Below are positions 33,075 through 41,841 of a stretch of 64,000 bases of DNA, in pieces. Both the position numbers and the translations under genes were made by a program. Position 1 is the first letter of the stretch, and the number at the start of each line of letters is the position of its first letter. The stretch covers positions 131,748 to 195,747 of the forward strand of contig CAVYSY010000045.1 in assembly GCA_963771175.1 (NCBI GenBank). Direction: 5' to 3'. This DNA comes from an uncultured delta proteobacterium. GTDB lineage: Bacteria > Myxococcota > Myxococcia > Myxococcales > Myxococcaceae. Under the pieces are notes generated by a model that was given only the letters and a program-made list of their open reading frames with translations, had not been told where the DNA came from and ran no database searches.

Positions 33075-34271
33075 ATGGCGCAACGCAATCCGGAATCGCC
33101 CGAGTCTGGCACGGACCGGTCGGAAGTCACCCGCGAGCTCACCGGTGCCGATGCGGCCACCACCGAGGCGGACACCGGCAGTGCCGGAAGTGGGGCCTCT
33201 CCCTTCGGGGCGGACACCTTGGGCCTCGAGAGCCCGGCCCCGGAGTACGAGGAGGAATACCACCTTGAGGAGGAGCCCTCCCGGGCCCGGGACACCGATA
33301 CGGACGCCATCATCGGTGGCCCTCGGGAGCCGGAGGAGCATGGCAGGAAGGAAGGGTCGAAGCGGCCGCGCGATGTGGCACGGCACGAGGCAAGCGCTCC
33401 CCTGGCATCCGGGCTGCGCGTGCGCGATGTGATGAGTCAGAAGGTGGCCACCATCGGAGCGCAGGTGGCTCTGTCGCTCTCGGAGCTGCTCAAGCGGTTC
33501 CGCCAGGTCCACCACCTCCCCGTCGTCGGTGCGAACAACCGCCTCGTCGGCATGCTGACGAGGATGGATGTCCTCGACGAGGCGCTCGGCGGGGTGGATC
33601 GCTGGGTCCGCGTGAGGGACCTGATGAGCAGCCCCGTGGAGCGCATCTCCGAGAACGAGAGCCTCACGGCGGTCGCGCAAGCGATGCGCAGGGCCCACAT
33701 CCATTCGCTCCCGGTGGTCGACGAAGCCGGGCTCCTGGTGGGCATCGTGTCCGAGGACGATCTGCTCGCGGCCCTGGCGGGCCAGCGGGTGTCCGCGCCG
33801 CGGACGCTGCAGGAACTGCCCGTCGATGCGCTGATGACGCACGAGCCACTCGCCCTGGGTCCGGAGGTGACGCTGGACGAGGCGGCCTGGGCGCTCATCG
33901 ACGCGGGTGTGCGGCACCTGCCGGTGGTGGACGACGACAATCGGCTGGTGGGCATTCTCTCCGAGAGGGATCTCCGCGAGCGGCTGGGAGGAGAGTCCCG
34001 CGAGTGGCCGCATGCCGCCAGAGAGGCGCTGGAGGAGCGGCTCGGCAACGTGATGACGCCGGACCCGCTCGCGCTGCGCTCGGGGACGCCGGTGGCCCGG
34101 GCGCTCGAGATCTTCACCGACGAGCGGGTGGGCGCGATTCCCGTGGTGGACGATGACGGGCGGCTGCTGGGAATCGTCTCGTACGTCGACCTGCTGCGCT
34201 GGCTGCGCGAGCAGCGGGCGGGTGGCTCACGGGCGGAGGAGGGGGAGGGCGCTCCGCTCGCTCCTCATTGA
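33075..34271 (+). CDS. CBS domain protein (two CBS pairs) with acidic disordered N-terminus
   Basis: Four repeats of (H/S/A)(L/I)PVV...L(V/L)G(I/M)(L/V)(S/T)xxD; SD AGGAGG before ATG 33075. Confidence 0.9.
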   Translation: MAQRNPESPESGTDRSEVTRELTGADAATTEADTGSAGSGASPFGADTLGLESPAPEYEEEYHLEEEPSRARDTDTDAIIGGPREPEEHGRKEGSKRPRDVARHEASAPLASGLRVRDVMSQKVATIGAQVALSLSELLKRFRQVHHLPVVGANNRLVGMLTRMDVLDEALGGVDRWVRVRDLMSSPVERISENESLTAVAQAMRRAHIHSLPVVDEAGLLVGIVSEDDLLAALAGQRVSAPRTLQELPVDALMTHEPLALGPEVTLDEAAWALIDAGVRHLPVVDDDNRLVGILSERDLRERLGGESREWPHAAREALEERLGNVMTPDPLALRSGTPVARALEIFTDERVGAIPVVDDDGRLLGIVSYVDLLRWLREQRAGGSRAEEGEGAPLAPH

Positions 34272-34353
34272 GCACCCTGGCAGCGAGAGCAGTCCGCCAG
34301 CTGAGAAGTCCAGCTCCGGCGACAGCTCCTCGCTCCCCATGCGCTCGTCCCAC

Positions 34354-35802
34354 CTATCTGTCGAGGCCGATCAGGAAGAGATCGTTGGGGCTCTTCTGGG
34401 GCCACTCCTCGTCTCCGACGATCAACGAGCCCGACCTGAAGCTGCCGAGGACGACGGAGCGGCCATCCTTCGTCGCCACGAGGGAGGAGGGCTCGGCGAG
34501 GCCCGCGGGGAAGCCACGCGTCCAGCGGGGCTCGCCGGTGATGCGGTCGTATTTGGCGACGAACAGGTTGGTCGCGCCCTCGCCCCTGCCCGGCACCGTA
34601 CCCAGGCCGAGATCGTCCCCCTCCTGGTAGGTGCCCGTGACGACCACGCCGTCCCGCTGGTCCATGGCGACGCGCTCCCCGGCGAAACCGAAGTTCCTCG
34701 CCCAGCGCTCCTCGCCCTCGCGGGTGTAGGCCACCAGGAAGGCATCATCCGGGATCGGTCTGCTGATGTCCGAGGTGACGGTCCGTCCCCCGAAGGTGAA
34801 GGTGCCCGAGAACGTGCCGGTCAGGACGATCCGGTTGCCGTGAGCCGCGACATCGCGCGCCAGACCAAAGCCGCCGGAGATCGGCACGGAGCGCTCCCAA
34901 CGCGGGTGTCCGTCCGGCGAGAGTCGGAGGACGAAGGGAATGCTGCCCACGCCGCTGGGGCTGATGCTCCCGCACAGCAGGATGTGATCCTGGCTGTCCA
35001 CGGTGGCGCCCAGTCCCTCGCCAAAGTCCGTCGAGCGGGCGTAGGCCCACTGGCTCTCGCCCTCGGGGCTGAACCTGGCGACGAAGGGGCTCGGACCGAA
35101 GAAGCCTTCAGCCGGGTCCGGCTTCGAGGAGATGGGGCCGCTGCCGAAGTCCACCGTTCCGACCAGGGTGCCGGCGATGATGATGTTGTCGTGACTGTCC
35201 GTCAGGAGGTCGAACACGCCGATGTTGCCGGGGTTGGCCTCGAACGAGCGCCTCCACAGCAGCCGCCCGCGACGGTCGAACTTCAACAGGTACTCTCCCT
35301 CCGTGACGGGGCCATCGCCGAAGTCCACCCCCAGCGCCGCGACCTTGAGGATGATGTTGCGATGGGAGTCCACGGCGATCTGCCCGCCGAAGACATCTCC
35401 ATCCACGCCGGGGCCCGGGCCGAAGACCTTCAACCACTCCAGGCGTCCCTTCTTCTGGTCATAGCGCGCGAGCGCGATCGCAGTGCTGGTTGGACCGCCC
35501 GGTGCCCTCACGACCTTCTCGCCCAGGTCGATGTTCCCGGTGAAGCTGTACAGGACCAGGATGTGCTCCTCCCCATCCTTGGCGAGCGTCCCGGACTTCT
35601 CCGCGGGGAACTCGCCGATGATGACCGGCTCTCCGGTGATCTGCCGGGCCCACCGGATGGCGCCGGTGAGCCGCCCCTGCTCGTGAGCCTGCTCCGTTCG
35701 CGTGAGCGCCTCGGGTTCTTCGAGGATCGGCCCACCGCACGCCGCGAGCCCCAACGCCAATAGCAGCGGCAACACACCTTCGCTCCAGCTTCCGTGTTTC
35801 AT
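34354..35802 (-). CDS. Hypothetical lipoprotein with beta-propeller-like repeats
   Basis: Lipobox LAAC; repeated (A/T)VDS..NI..., DFG.GP, FVA(R/K)(F/Y)...G...W.R units; SD GGAGG. Confidence 0.75.
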   Translation of the reverse strand: MKHGSWSEGVLPLLLALGLAACGGPILEEPEALTRTEQAHEQGRLTGAIRWARQITGEPVIIGEFPAEKSGTLAKDGEEHILVLYSFTGNIDLGEKVVRAPGGPTSTAIALARYDQKKGRLEWLKVFGPGPGVDGDVFGGQIAVDSHRNIILKVAALGVDFGDGPVTEGEYLLKFDRRGRLLWRRSFEANPGNIGVFDLLTDSHDNIIIAGTLVGTVDFGSGPISSKPDPAEGFFGPSPFVARFSPEGESQWAYARSTDFGEGLGATVDSQDHILLCGSISPSGVGSIPFVLRLSPDGHPRWERSVPISGGFGLARDVAAHGNRIVLTGTFSGTFTFGGRTVTSDISRPIPDDAFLVAYTREGEERWARNFGFAGERVAMDQRDGVVVTGTYQEGDDLGLGTVPGRGEGATNLFVAKYDRITGEPRWTRGFPAGLAEPSSLVATKDGRSVVLGSFRSGSLIVGDEEWPQKSPNDLFLIGLDR

Positions 35803-36066
35803 GGTGCATCCCCCTCCGTCGTGTCGGGACCTTGCTCCCCGGCACAGCGGAACCGTGCGCACCGGGAGCCATTGTCTCCTCTGTCTGTCGGGAGGAGCAC
35901 CGTGTCCACCCAGAGACGGTGACGCCTGCCTGGCTGGTGGGTGGATGCCGCTCCCGCGAGTGGCCAAGGGGGCGGCGGGCCCGTGTGCACCATCCACCGT
36001 GTCTCCCTCCCCCGAGAACAGGAGCGGGAGGGCTCTTCTGTGAACATCCTCGACGTGAGGTGTGAG

Positions 36067-38436
36067 GTGAGGGCGCTCGACCGGAAGCTGTGGAGGGACC
36101 TGGGACGGCTGAAGGGGCAGGTCATCACCATCGCCCTGGTGGTTGCCGCGGGGATCGCCGCCTACGTGGCCACGCTGAGCACGTACCAGTCCATGGCCGC
36201 CACGCAGCGCGCGTACTACGAGCGCTCGCGCTTCGCGGACGTGTTCGTGCACCTGGAGCGCGCGCCGGACCGGGTGCTGGCGGAACTGGAGCTGCTGCCG
36301 GGGGTGGCCGAGGCGGAGGCGCGGCTGTTGGAGTACGTGCTGCTGGACTTGCCGGAAATGGCCGAGCCGGTGCAGGGGCTCATCGTCTCCATTCCGGGAG
36401 GGGAGGGGCCCCGTCTCAACCGGTTGCACCTGCTGCGCGGGCGTGGAGTGGAGCCGGGGCGGGCCGACGAGGTGGTGGTGAACGAGGGCTTCGCCCGGGC
36501 GCACGGGTTGGAGCCGGGGGACACGGTGTCCGCGGTGTTCGAGGGCCGGCGGGTGGAACTGCGCGTGGTGGGCGTGGTCATGTCCCCCGAGTTCACCTAC
36601 CCCGTGGCGCCCGGGGCCTTCAGTGACGACGAGCGGCGCTTCGGCATCTTCTGGATGGACCGGGAGCGGATGGCGCCGGCCTTCGAGATGGAGGGGGCCT
36701 TCAACGACGTGGTCTTCCGGCTGTCGCCGGGCACGCGCGCCGAGGCCGTGGTGGATGCGGTGGATCGGGTGCTGGAGCCCTACGGCGGCCTGGGCGCGTA
36801 CGGGCGGGACAGGCAACTGGCCCACAGCATCGTGGAGAGCGAGCTCGACGGTCTGCGGGCCATCGCCACGGTGACGCCCCTCATCTTCATGCTGGTGGCG
36901 GCCTTCCTCGTCAACGTGGTGCTGTCGCGGCTGGTGGGCATCCAGCGCGAGCAGATCGCCATGCTCAAGGCGGTGGGCTACTCGAACCTGACGGTGGGGG
37001 GGCACTACCTGAAGTTGGTGCTGGTGGTGGTGGGCCTGGGCGCCGGGGTAGGGGTGGCGCTGGGGACCTGGCTCGGACGGGCCTACACCGGCATCTACCA
37101 GGAGGTGTTCCACTTCCCGCTGTTCCTCTACCGGGTGGAGGTGGGGACGGTGGCGGGCGCGGTGGGGGTGAACGCGGCGGCGGCGGCCTTGGGGGCGCTG
37201 CTCTCCGCGTACCAGGCGGTGCGGCTGCCCCCCGCGGAGGCCATGCAGCCCCAGGCGCCACCCCGCTACCACCCCACGCTGCTGGAGCGGATGGGGGTGC
37301 ACCGGTTGCTCTCCCAGAGCGGGCGAATGGTGCTGCGCGATCTGGAGCGCCGTCCGCTGCGCCTGCTGCTGTCCGTGTTGGGCATCGCGTTCGCGGTGGC
37401 CATCCCCACCGTCAGTCGCCTCTTCGAGGACTCCATTCGCTATGTGCTGGACGTGCAGTACGAGCTCATCCAGCGGGAGGACCTGATGGTCGTCTTTCGC
37501 GAGCCAGTGCCGGACCGGGCCCGCCGCGAGCTGGAGGTGCTGCCCGGCGTGCGGCTCAGCGAGCCCGTGCGCCTGCTCCCCGTGCGGTTGGAAGCCGGCC
37601 CTCACAGCCGGGACGTGACGCTGTCCGGGCTGCCCGCGGGAGGGGAGCACCGGCGGGTGTTGGACACGCGGCTGCGCCCGGTGCCCCTGAAGGAGGGCGG
37701 CGGCCTGGTCCTGAGCAGCGCGCTGGCCTGGCGCCTGGGAGTGAAGGCCGGGGACATGGTGCGGGTGCACGTGCGCGAGGGGGAGCGGCGGGTATTCGAG
37801 CTGCCCGTGGATCGGCTGGTGGAGGAGTGGATTGGCCTCTCCGCCTATATCGAGCTGGACACGCTGGCGCGGCGGCTGGGCGAGGAGCGCGCCATCTCCG
37901 CCGCCACCCTGACGGTGGACCCCACCCGGATCGACGCGCTCTACGCCCGCCTCAAGGAGATACCCGGGGTGCTGGGAATCGTGCGGACGGACCTGGCGCG
38001 GCGGAACTTCGAGGAGCGTCAGGCCCGCATCTTCCTCGTCTTCTCCCTGGTGCTCTCCGTCTTCGCGGCGATCATCGCCGTGGGCGTCGTCTACAACAAC
38101 GCCCGGGTGACGCTCGCGGTGCGGGCCAGGGATCTGGCCACCCTGCGCGTGCTCGGCTTCACCCGGCGGGAGATCTCCTGGGTGCTGCTGGGCGAGCTGT
38201 CGGTGAGCCTGCTGCTGGCGCTGCTCCCGGGGCTCGTCCTGGGCCGGCTGTTGGCCCAGGTGCTGCTGTTGTCGACGACGAACAACGAGCAGATCCGCCT
38301 CCCCGCCATCCTCACGCCCGCCTCCTCCGCATCCGCCGTGCTGGTGGTGCTCGGCGCCGGCCTGCTGAGCGCGCTGTTGGTGCGCCGGAGGTTGGACCAC
38401 CTGGATCTCATCTCCGTGCTGAAGACGCGGGAGTAG
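36067..38436 (+). CDS. Double FtsX/MacB-type ABC permease
   Basis: GTG start MRALDRKLWRDL; two periplasmic-plus-TM repeats with QREQIAMLKAVGY and RDLATLRVLGF. Confidence 0.9.
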   Translation: MRALDRKLWRDLGRLKGQVITIALVVAAGIAAYVATLSTYQSMAATQRAYYERSRFADVFVHLERAPDRVLAELELLPGVAEAEARLLEYVLLDLPEMAEPVQGLIVSIPGGEGPRLNRLHLLRGRGVEPGRADEVVVNEGFARAHGLEPGDTVSAVFEGRRVELRVVGVVMSPEFTYPVAPGAFSDDERRFGIFWMDRERMAPAFEMEGAFNDVVFRLSPGTRAEAVVDAVDRVLEPYGGLGAYGRDRQLAHSIVESELDGLRAIATVTPLIFMLVAAFLVNVVLSRLVGIQREQIAMLKAVGYSNLTVGGHYLKLVLVVVGLGAGVGVALGTWLGRAYTGIYQEVFHFPLFLYRVEVGTVAGAVGVNAAAAALGALLSAYQAVRLPPAEAMQPQAPPRYHPTLLERMGVHRLLSQSGRMVLRDLERRPLRLLLSVLGIAFAVAIPTVSRLFEDSIRYVLDVQYELIQREDLMVVFREPVPDRARRELEVLPGVRLSEPVRLLPVRLEAGPHSRDVTLSGLPAGGEHRRVLDTRLRPVPLKEGGGLVLSSALAWRLGVKAGDMVRVHVREGERRVFELPVDRLVEEWIGLSAYIELDTLARRLGEERAISAATLTVDPTRIDALYARLKEIPGVLGIVRTDLARRNFEERQARIFLVFSLVLSVFAAIIAVGVVYNNARVTLAVRARDLATLRVLGFTRREISWVLLGELSVSLLLALLPGLVLGRLLAQVLLLSTTNNEQIRLPAILTPASSASAVLVVLGAGLLSALLVRRRLDHLDLISVLKTRE

Positions 38437-38446
38437 GGGACTCACC

Positions 38447-39667
38447 ATGAAATGGGTGAAGAGAGGACTCCTGGCGTTGGTGGCCCTCGTGCTGGTGGGG
38501 CTCCTCGTCCGGGCCTTCCTGCCCAGACCCGTGGAGGTGGAGCTGGCCCCGGTGGAGCGGGGACCCTTCGAGGTGACCGTCACCGAGCCGGGGATGACGC
38601 GGGTGAAGGACCGCTATGTCCTCTCCGCGCCCCTGAGCGGGCACCTGGAGCGCATCACCCTGGAGCCCGGGGACGCGGTGAAGGCGGGGCAGGGGGTGGC
38701 GCGGCTGACGGCGCTGGAGCCGCAGTTGTTGGATCCTCGCACCCGGGCGCAGGCGGAGGCGCGAGTAGGGGCGACGCGGGCGGCGAGTCGGCAGGCACGG
38801 GCCGAGCTGGCGCGGGCGCGCGAGGCTCTGGACTTCGCTCGCTCGGAGCTGAAGCGGATGCGGAAGTTGGCGGAGGCGGGCGTCATCACTCCACGCTCGC
38901 GGGAGGAGGCGGAGACGGCGGTACGCACGCGCGAGCAGGCGCTGGCCTCGGCTCGGGCCGGGGTGCGCGTCGCCGACCAGGAATGGGAGGGCGCGCGCGC
39001 GGCCCTCTCGCGGATGCGGGTGGAGGAGCGGGGCGTGGGAGGCGCGGGGGTGGGGGACGACGAGGTGTTGGAGATCCGCTCGCCGGTGGACGGGTGGGTG
39101 CTGAAGGTGATGCAGGAGAGCGAGGGCACGGTGGCGGCCGGCACGCCCCTGCTGGAAGTGGGAGACCCGAGGCAGCTCGAGGTGGTGACGGACGTACTGA
39201 CGGAGGACGCGGTCCGCCTGGAGCCCGGGGCGCGGGTTCGCATCCTTCAATGGGGGGGTGACTTCCCGTTGGAAGGGAAGGTGCGGCGCGTGGAGCCCTC
39301 GGCCTTCACGGAGACCTCCGCGCTGGGGGTGGAGGAACAGCGGGTCAACATCGTCATCTCGCTGGAGGAGCCGCTGGAGCGACGTGCCTCCCTGGGGGAC
39401 GGATTCCGGGTGCAGTCGCGGATGACGTTATGGGAGGCAGAGGACGTCGTCAGCGTGCCGGAGAACGCGCTGTTCCGCCGGGGAGAGGGCTGGGCCGTGT
39501 TCGTCGCAGACGAGGGGAGGGTGCGGCTGCGGCAGGTGAAGGTGGGGCAGCGCAGCGGGCTGCGGGCGCAGGTCCTCGAGGGGCTCGAGCCGGGAGAGCA
39601 GGTGATCGTCCACCCCGGCGAGAGCGTGAAGGAGGGCGTGGCCTATACCCCGCGGCGAGCGGAGTAG
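38447..39667 (+). CDS. Efflux periplasmic adaptor (HlyD/MacA family)
   Basis: N-terminal TM, lipoyl halves SAPLSG and RSPVDG, coiled coil, ETSALGVEEQRVNI. Confidence 0.9.
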   Translation: MKWVKRGLLALVALVLVGLLVRAFLPRPVEVELAPVERGPFEVTVTEPGMTRVKDRYVLSAPLSGHLERITLEPGDAVKAGQGVARLTALEPQLLDPRTRAQAEARVGATRAASRQARAELARAREALDFARSELKRMRKLAEAGVITPRSREEAETAVRTREQALASARAGVRVADQEWEGARAALSRMRVEERGVGGAGVGDDEVLEIRSPVDGWVLKVMQESEGTVAAGTPLLEVGDPRQLEVVTDVLTEDAVRLEPGARVRILQWGGDFPLEGKVRRVEPSAFTETSALGVEEQRVNIVISLEEPLERRASLGDGFRVQSRMTLWEAEDVVSVPENALFRRGEGWAVFVADEGRVRLRQVKVGQRSGLRAQVLEGLEPGEQVIVHPGESVKEGVAYTPRRAE

Positions 39668-39735
39668 GTGGTGGACGGCTCGCGATGAGCCCTGCGGACG
39701 CCAGGGGGCGGTGCGCATTTTCTGGAGAACGCGTC

Positions 39736-40446
39736 ATGGCACGGCCCTTCGTCCTCTTCGGCTCCGCCCACCTCGGGGTGCTGGCTGTCACCGCTCTCAC
39801 CGCAGCGGGATTGCTGTGGCTCGTCCGCCGCCATCCGCGGGCGGCCACGGGCGTGCGCTTCGGCCTCGCGGGCCTGCTGCTGGCACTCACGGTGGGGGTT
39901 CTCATCAGCGAGCGGCTCGTCGGCACCTCCTGGGGTGACCTCGCGCCCCTCCACCTGTGTGACATGGCTATCTTCGTCGGCCTCTTCGCCCTCGTCACCC
40001 GCGCGCCGCTGGCTTGCGAGGTGCTGTACTTCTGGGCCGGTGCCGGAACCCTCCTCGCGATCATCACCCCGGATGTCCCGGTGGGATTCCCCCACCCGCG
40101 CTTCCTCAACTACTTCGCCCTGCACGGAGGTGTCGTGGTGGCCGCCGTCCTCCTGGTCTGGGGACTGGGCCGGCCGCCCCGGCCCGGCGCGGTGTGGCGG
40201 GTGCTTCTCCTCACCAATGCCTACGCCGCGCTGGTGGCCGTGGTGGACTTCGCTTTCGGTACGAACTTCCTCTACCTGCGCGCCAAGCCGGCGGCCCCTA
40301 CGCCGCTCGATTGGTTCGGCCCCTGGCCGGTGTACATCCTCGTGACCGAGGTCGTGGCCCTGGGCCTCTTCACCCTACTGGCCCTGCCGTTCCGCCGCGA
40401 GCGGCCTCCCGGCCATTGCCGGGGAGGATGGCGAGCGAGCTCCTGA
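39736..40446 (+). CDS. YwaF/TIGR02206-family integral membrane protein
   Basis: FGSAH, PLHLCD, AIITPD, YFALHG, TNFLYLRAKP...LDWFGPWPVY. Confidence 0.85.
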   Translation: MARPFVLFGSAHLGVLAVTALTAAGLLWLVRRHPRAATGVRFGLAGLLLALTVGVLISERLVGTSWGDLAPLHLCDMAIFVGLFALVTRAPLACEVLYFWAGAGTLLAIITPDVPVGFPHPRFLNYFALHGGVVVAAVLLVWGLGRPPRPGAVWRVLLLTNAYAALVAVVDFAFGTNFLYLRAKPAAPTPLDWFGPWPVYILVTEVVALGLFTLLALPFRRERPPGHCRGGWRASS

Positions 40447-40692
40447 GTGCCAGCCCGGGAAGTGCTGCGGGGGACACTGCAGGGAGAGCTGACCCTGCAT
40501 GGGCAGACGTGGCGGCTGCCGGTGCCGGTCGAGGCCCGCTGGGGCAAGGACGGGCTGGTGGCCGAGGGAGAGGTCACCTTCCGGCAATCGGATTTCGGCA
40601 TCGAGCCCTATCAACGGTACCTGGGGAGCTTCGCCGTCCAGGACGAGGTCGAGATCCGCTTCCACATCCTGGCCCACCCCCGCGCGAAATAG
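40447..40692 (+). pseudogene. YceI-family protein, C-terminal fragment
   Basis: GELTLHGQT...QSDFGIEPY...VQDEVEIRF; the N-terminal half is absent. Confidence 0.7.
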
Positions 40693-40798
40693 GAGTGGTT
40701 TGGCCTCACATCGGTGGGACCGTAGAGGGAGAGGTCGCTGGAGAAGGCCAGGGGGAAGCCCTGGAAGGCGACGCAGTCATAGCGCAGACGCCGTAGAG

Positions 40799-41179
40799 CT
40801 AGTCCTCTGGGTCGTCCACATAGTCCAGCATGGTCGTAGCATGTTGACGGTACAGGGGTACGACCTCGACAGCCAACACCCCCTCCAGAACCTCTCGCGC
40901 TCCGGCCACGTCACCTGCTTTCTTGCGGCGGTTTGACTCGGCGAACGCCCGGGATAGTCGCCGACTCCCCTCGAAAATCCGGCGGCGCAGCTCGCGCACG
41001 AGTGTTTCCGTTTCCTTGGGGGTGAGCAATGCGCGTTCCGCATCGTCATTGCTGAGAGCTACGTCTCGCGCCACTCGCCGGCAGAGAGCATGAACGTCAT
41101 CGTCTAGTTCTATCGATTCGTTCCGCTCAATCTTGGCATACAGCCCAAGCACCCTGTCCCAATCGTGGGGTTCGTTCAT
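40799..41179 (-). CDS. DUSAM (TIGR02267/DUF2379)-like myxobacterial protein
   Basis: LCRRVARDVAL...ELRRRIFEGSRRL...GDVAGAREVLEGVLAVEVVPLYR matches my recollection of this family. Confidence 0.78.
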   Translation of the reverse strand: MNEPHDWDRVLGLYAKIERNESIELDDDVHALCRRVARDVALSNDDAERALLTPKETETLVRELRRRIFEGSRRLSRAFAESNRRKKAGDVAGAREVLEGVLAVEVVPLYRQHATTMLDYVDDPED

Positions 41180-41186
41180 CTTTACG

Positions 41187-41609
41187 CTACCTCTGCTTTG
41201 GCCAGCACATGTGGTAAGGCCATTGGCGCTGTCCCTCGCACCACCGGAAACAGTCGTAGCAGGGGCCCAGCCAACGCGGTTTTTTCTGATCCTGGCACCA
41301 GACGTAGGTGTCACGGCAGTGCTCTCGCCATCCCTCGTCGGGGTCGTCAGCTCCCTCGCCCTCGCCCGCTCCCTCGTCGGTTCGTCGTTGTAGAGCGTTC
41401 TCGACATTCACTCCGGCCTCTATCGCGTCCACTATGTCCGCAGCAGTGGCACCACAGGCTCCTGCCGGATCGTATGGGTGCTTTTGGATGCAACAGGTCA
41501 TGGTGTTGTTTCCGCAGTCGCTCAGGCCGATGGCGGTAGTACCAGCCGAGCAGCCCGGCGCGAGCATGGCCCACAGCACAGCCGCCCCGAGGCGCAGGAT
41601 ACAACTCAT
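41187..41609 (-). CDS. Small Cys-rich lipoprotein (candidate toxin); alternative start 41618
   Basis: Lipobox APGC, then 10 further Cys (TCCIQKHP...HCRDTYVWC...PCYDCFRWCEGQRQWPYHMC); 7 nt gap to the DUSAM-like gene. Confidence 0.75.
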   Translation of the reverse strand: MSCILRLGAAVLWAMLAPGCSAGTTAIGLSDCGNNTMTCCIQKHPYDPAGACGATAADIVDAIEAGVNVENALQRRTDEGAGEGEGADDPDEGWREHCRDTYVWCQDQKKPRWLGPCYDCFRWCEGQRQWPYHMCWPKQR

Positions 41610-41841
41610 GCTTTCCATGCCTCCAAGGTTAGGTCAGTAAGCTAGGGAGCGTCATCAGATGACCGGCGAAGGTGTCAGACGATTCGAGTCCCAGGCTCCG
41701 CTGCATTCTCCCTCCCCACTCCTCGCCTGGAGACGTGCTCAAGCTTGCTGCTACTCGGAGCTTCGATTACTCAGGGAGCGGGTTCGGGCTGTCCCAGGGC
41801 TGGGTGCATCTCCGGGGCGCACCGGGTAGTGAGGAGTCCGC

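Noticed and set aside
35803..38583. N-terminal ~930 aa of the 1409-aa minus ORF
   Set aside because: Antisense shadow of the permease in high-GC DNA; the real lipoprotein starts at 35802.
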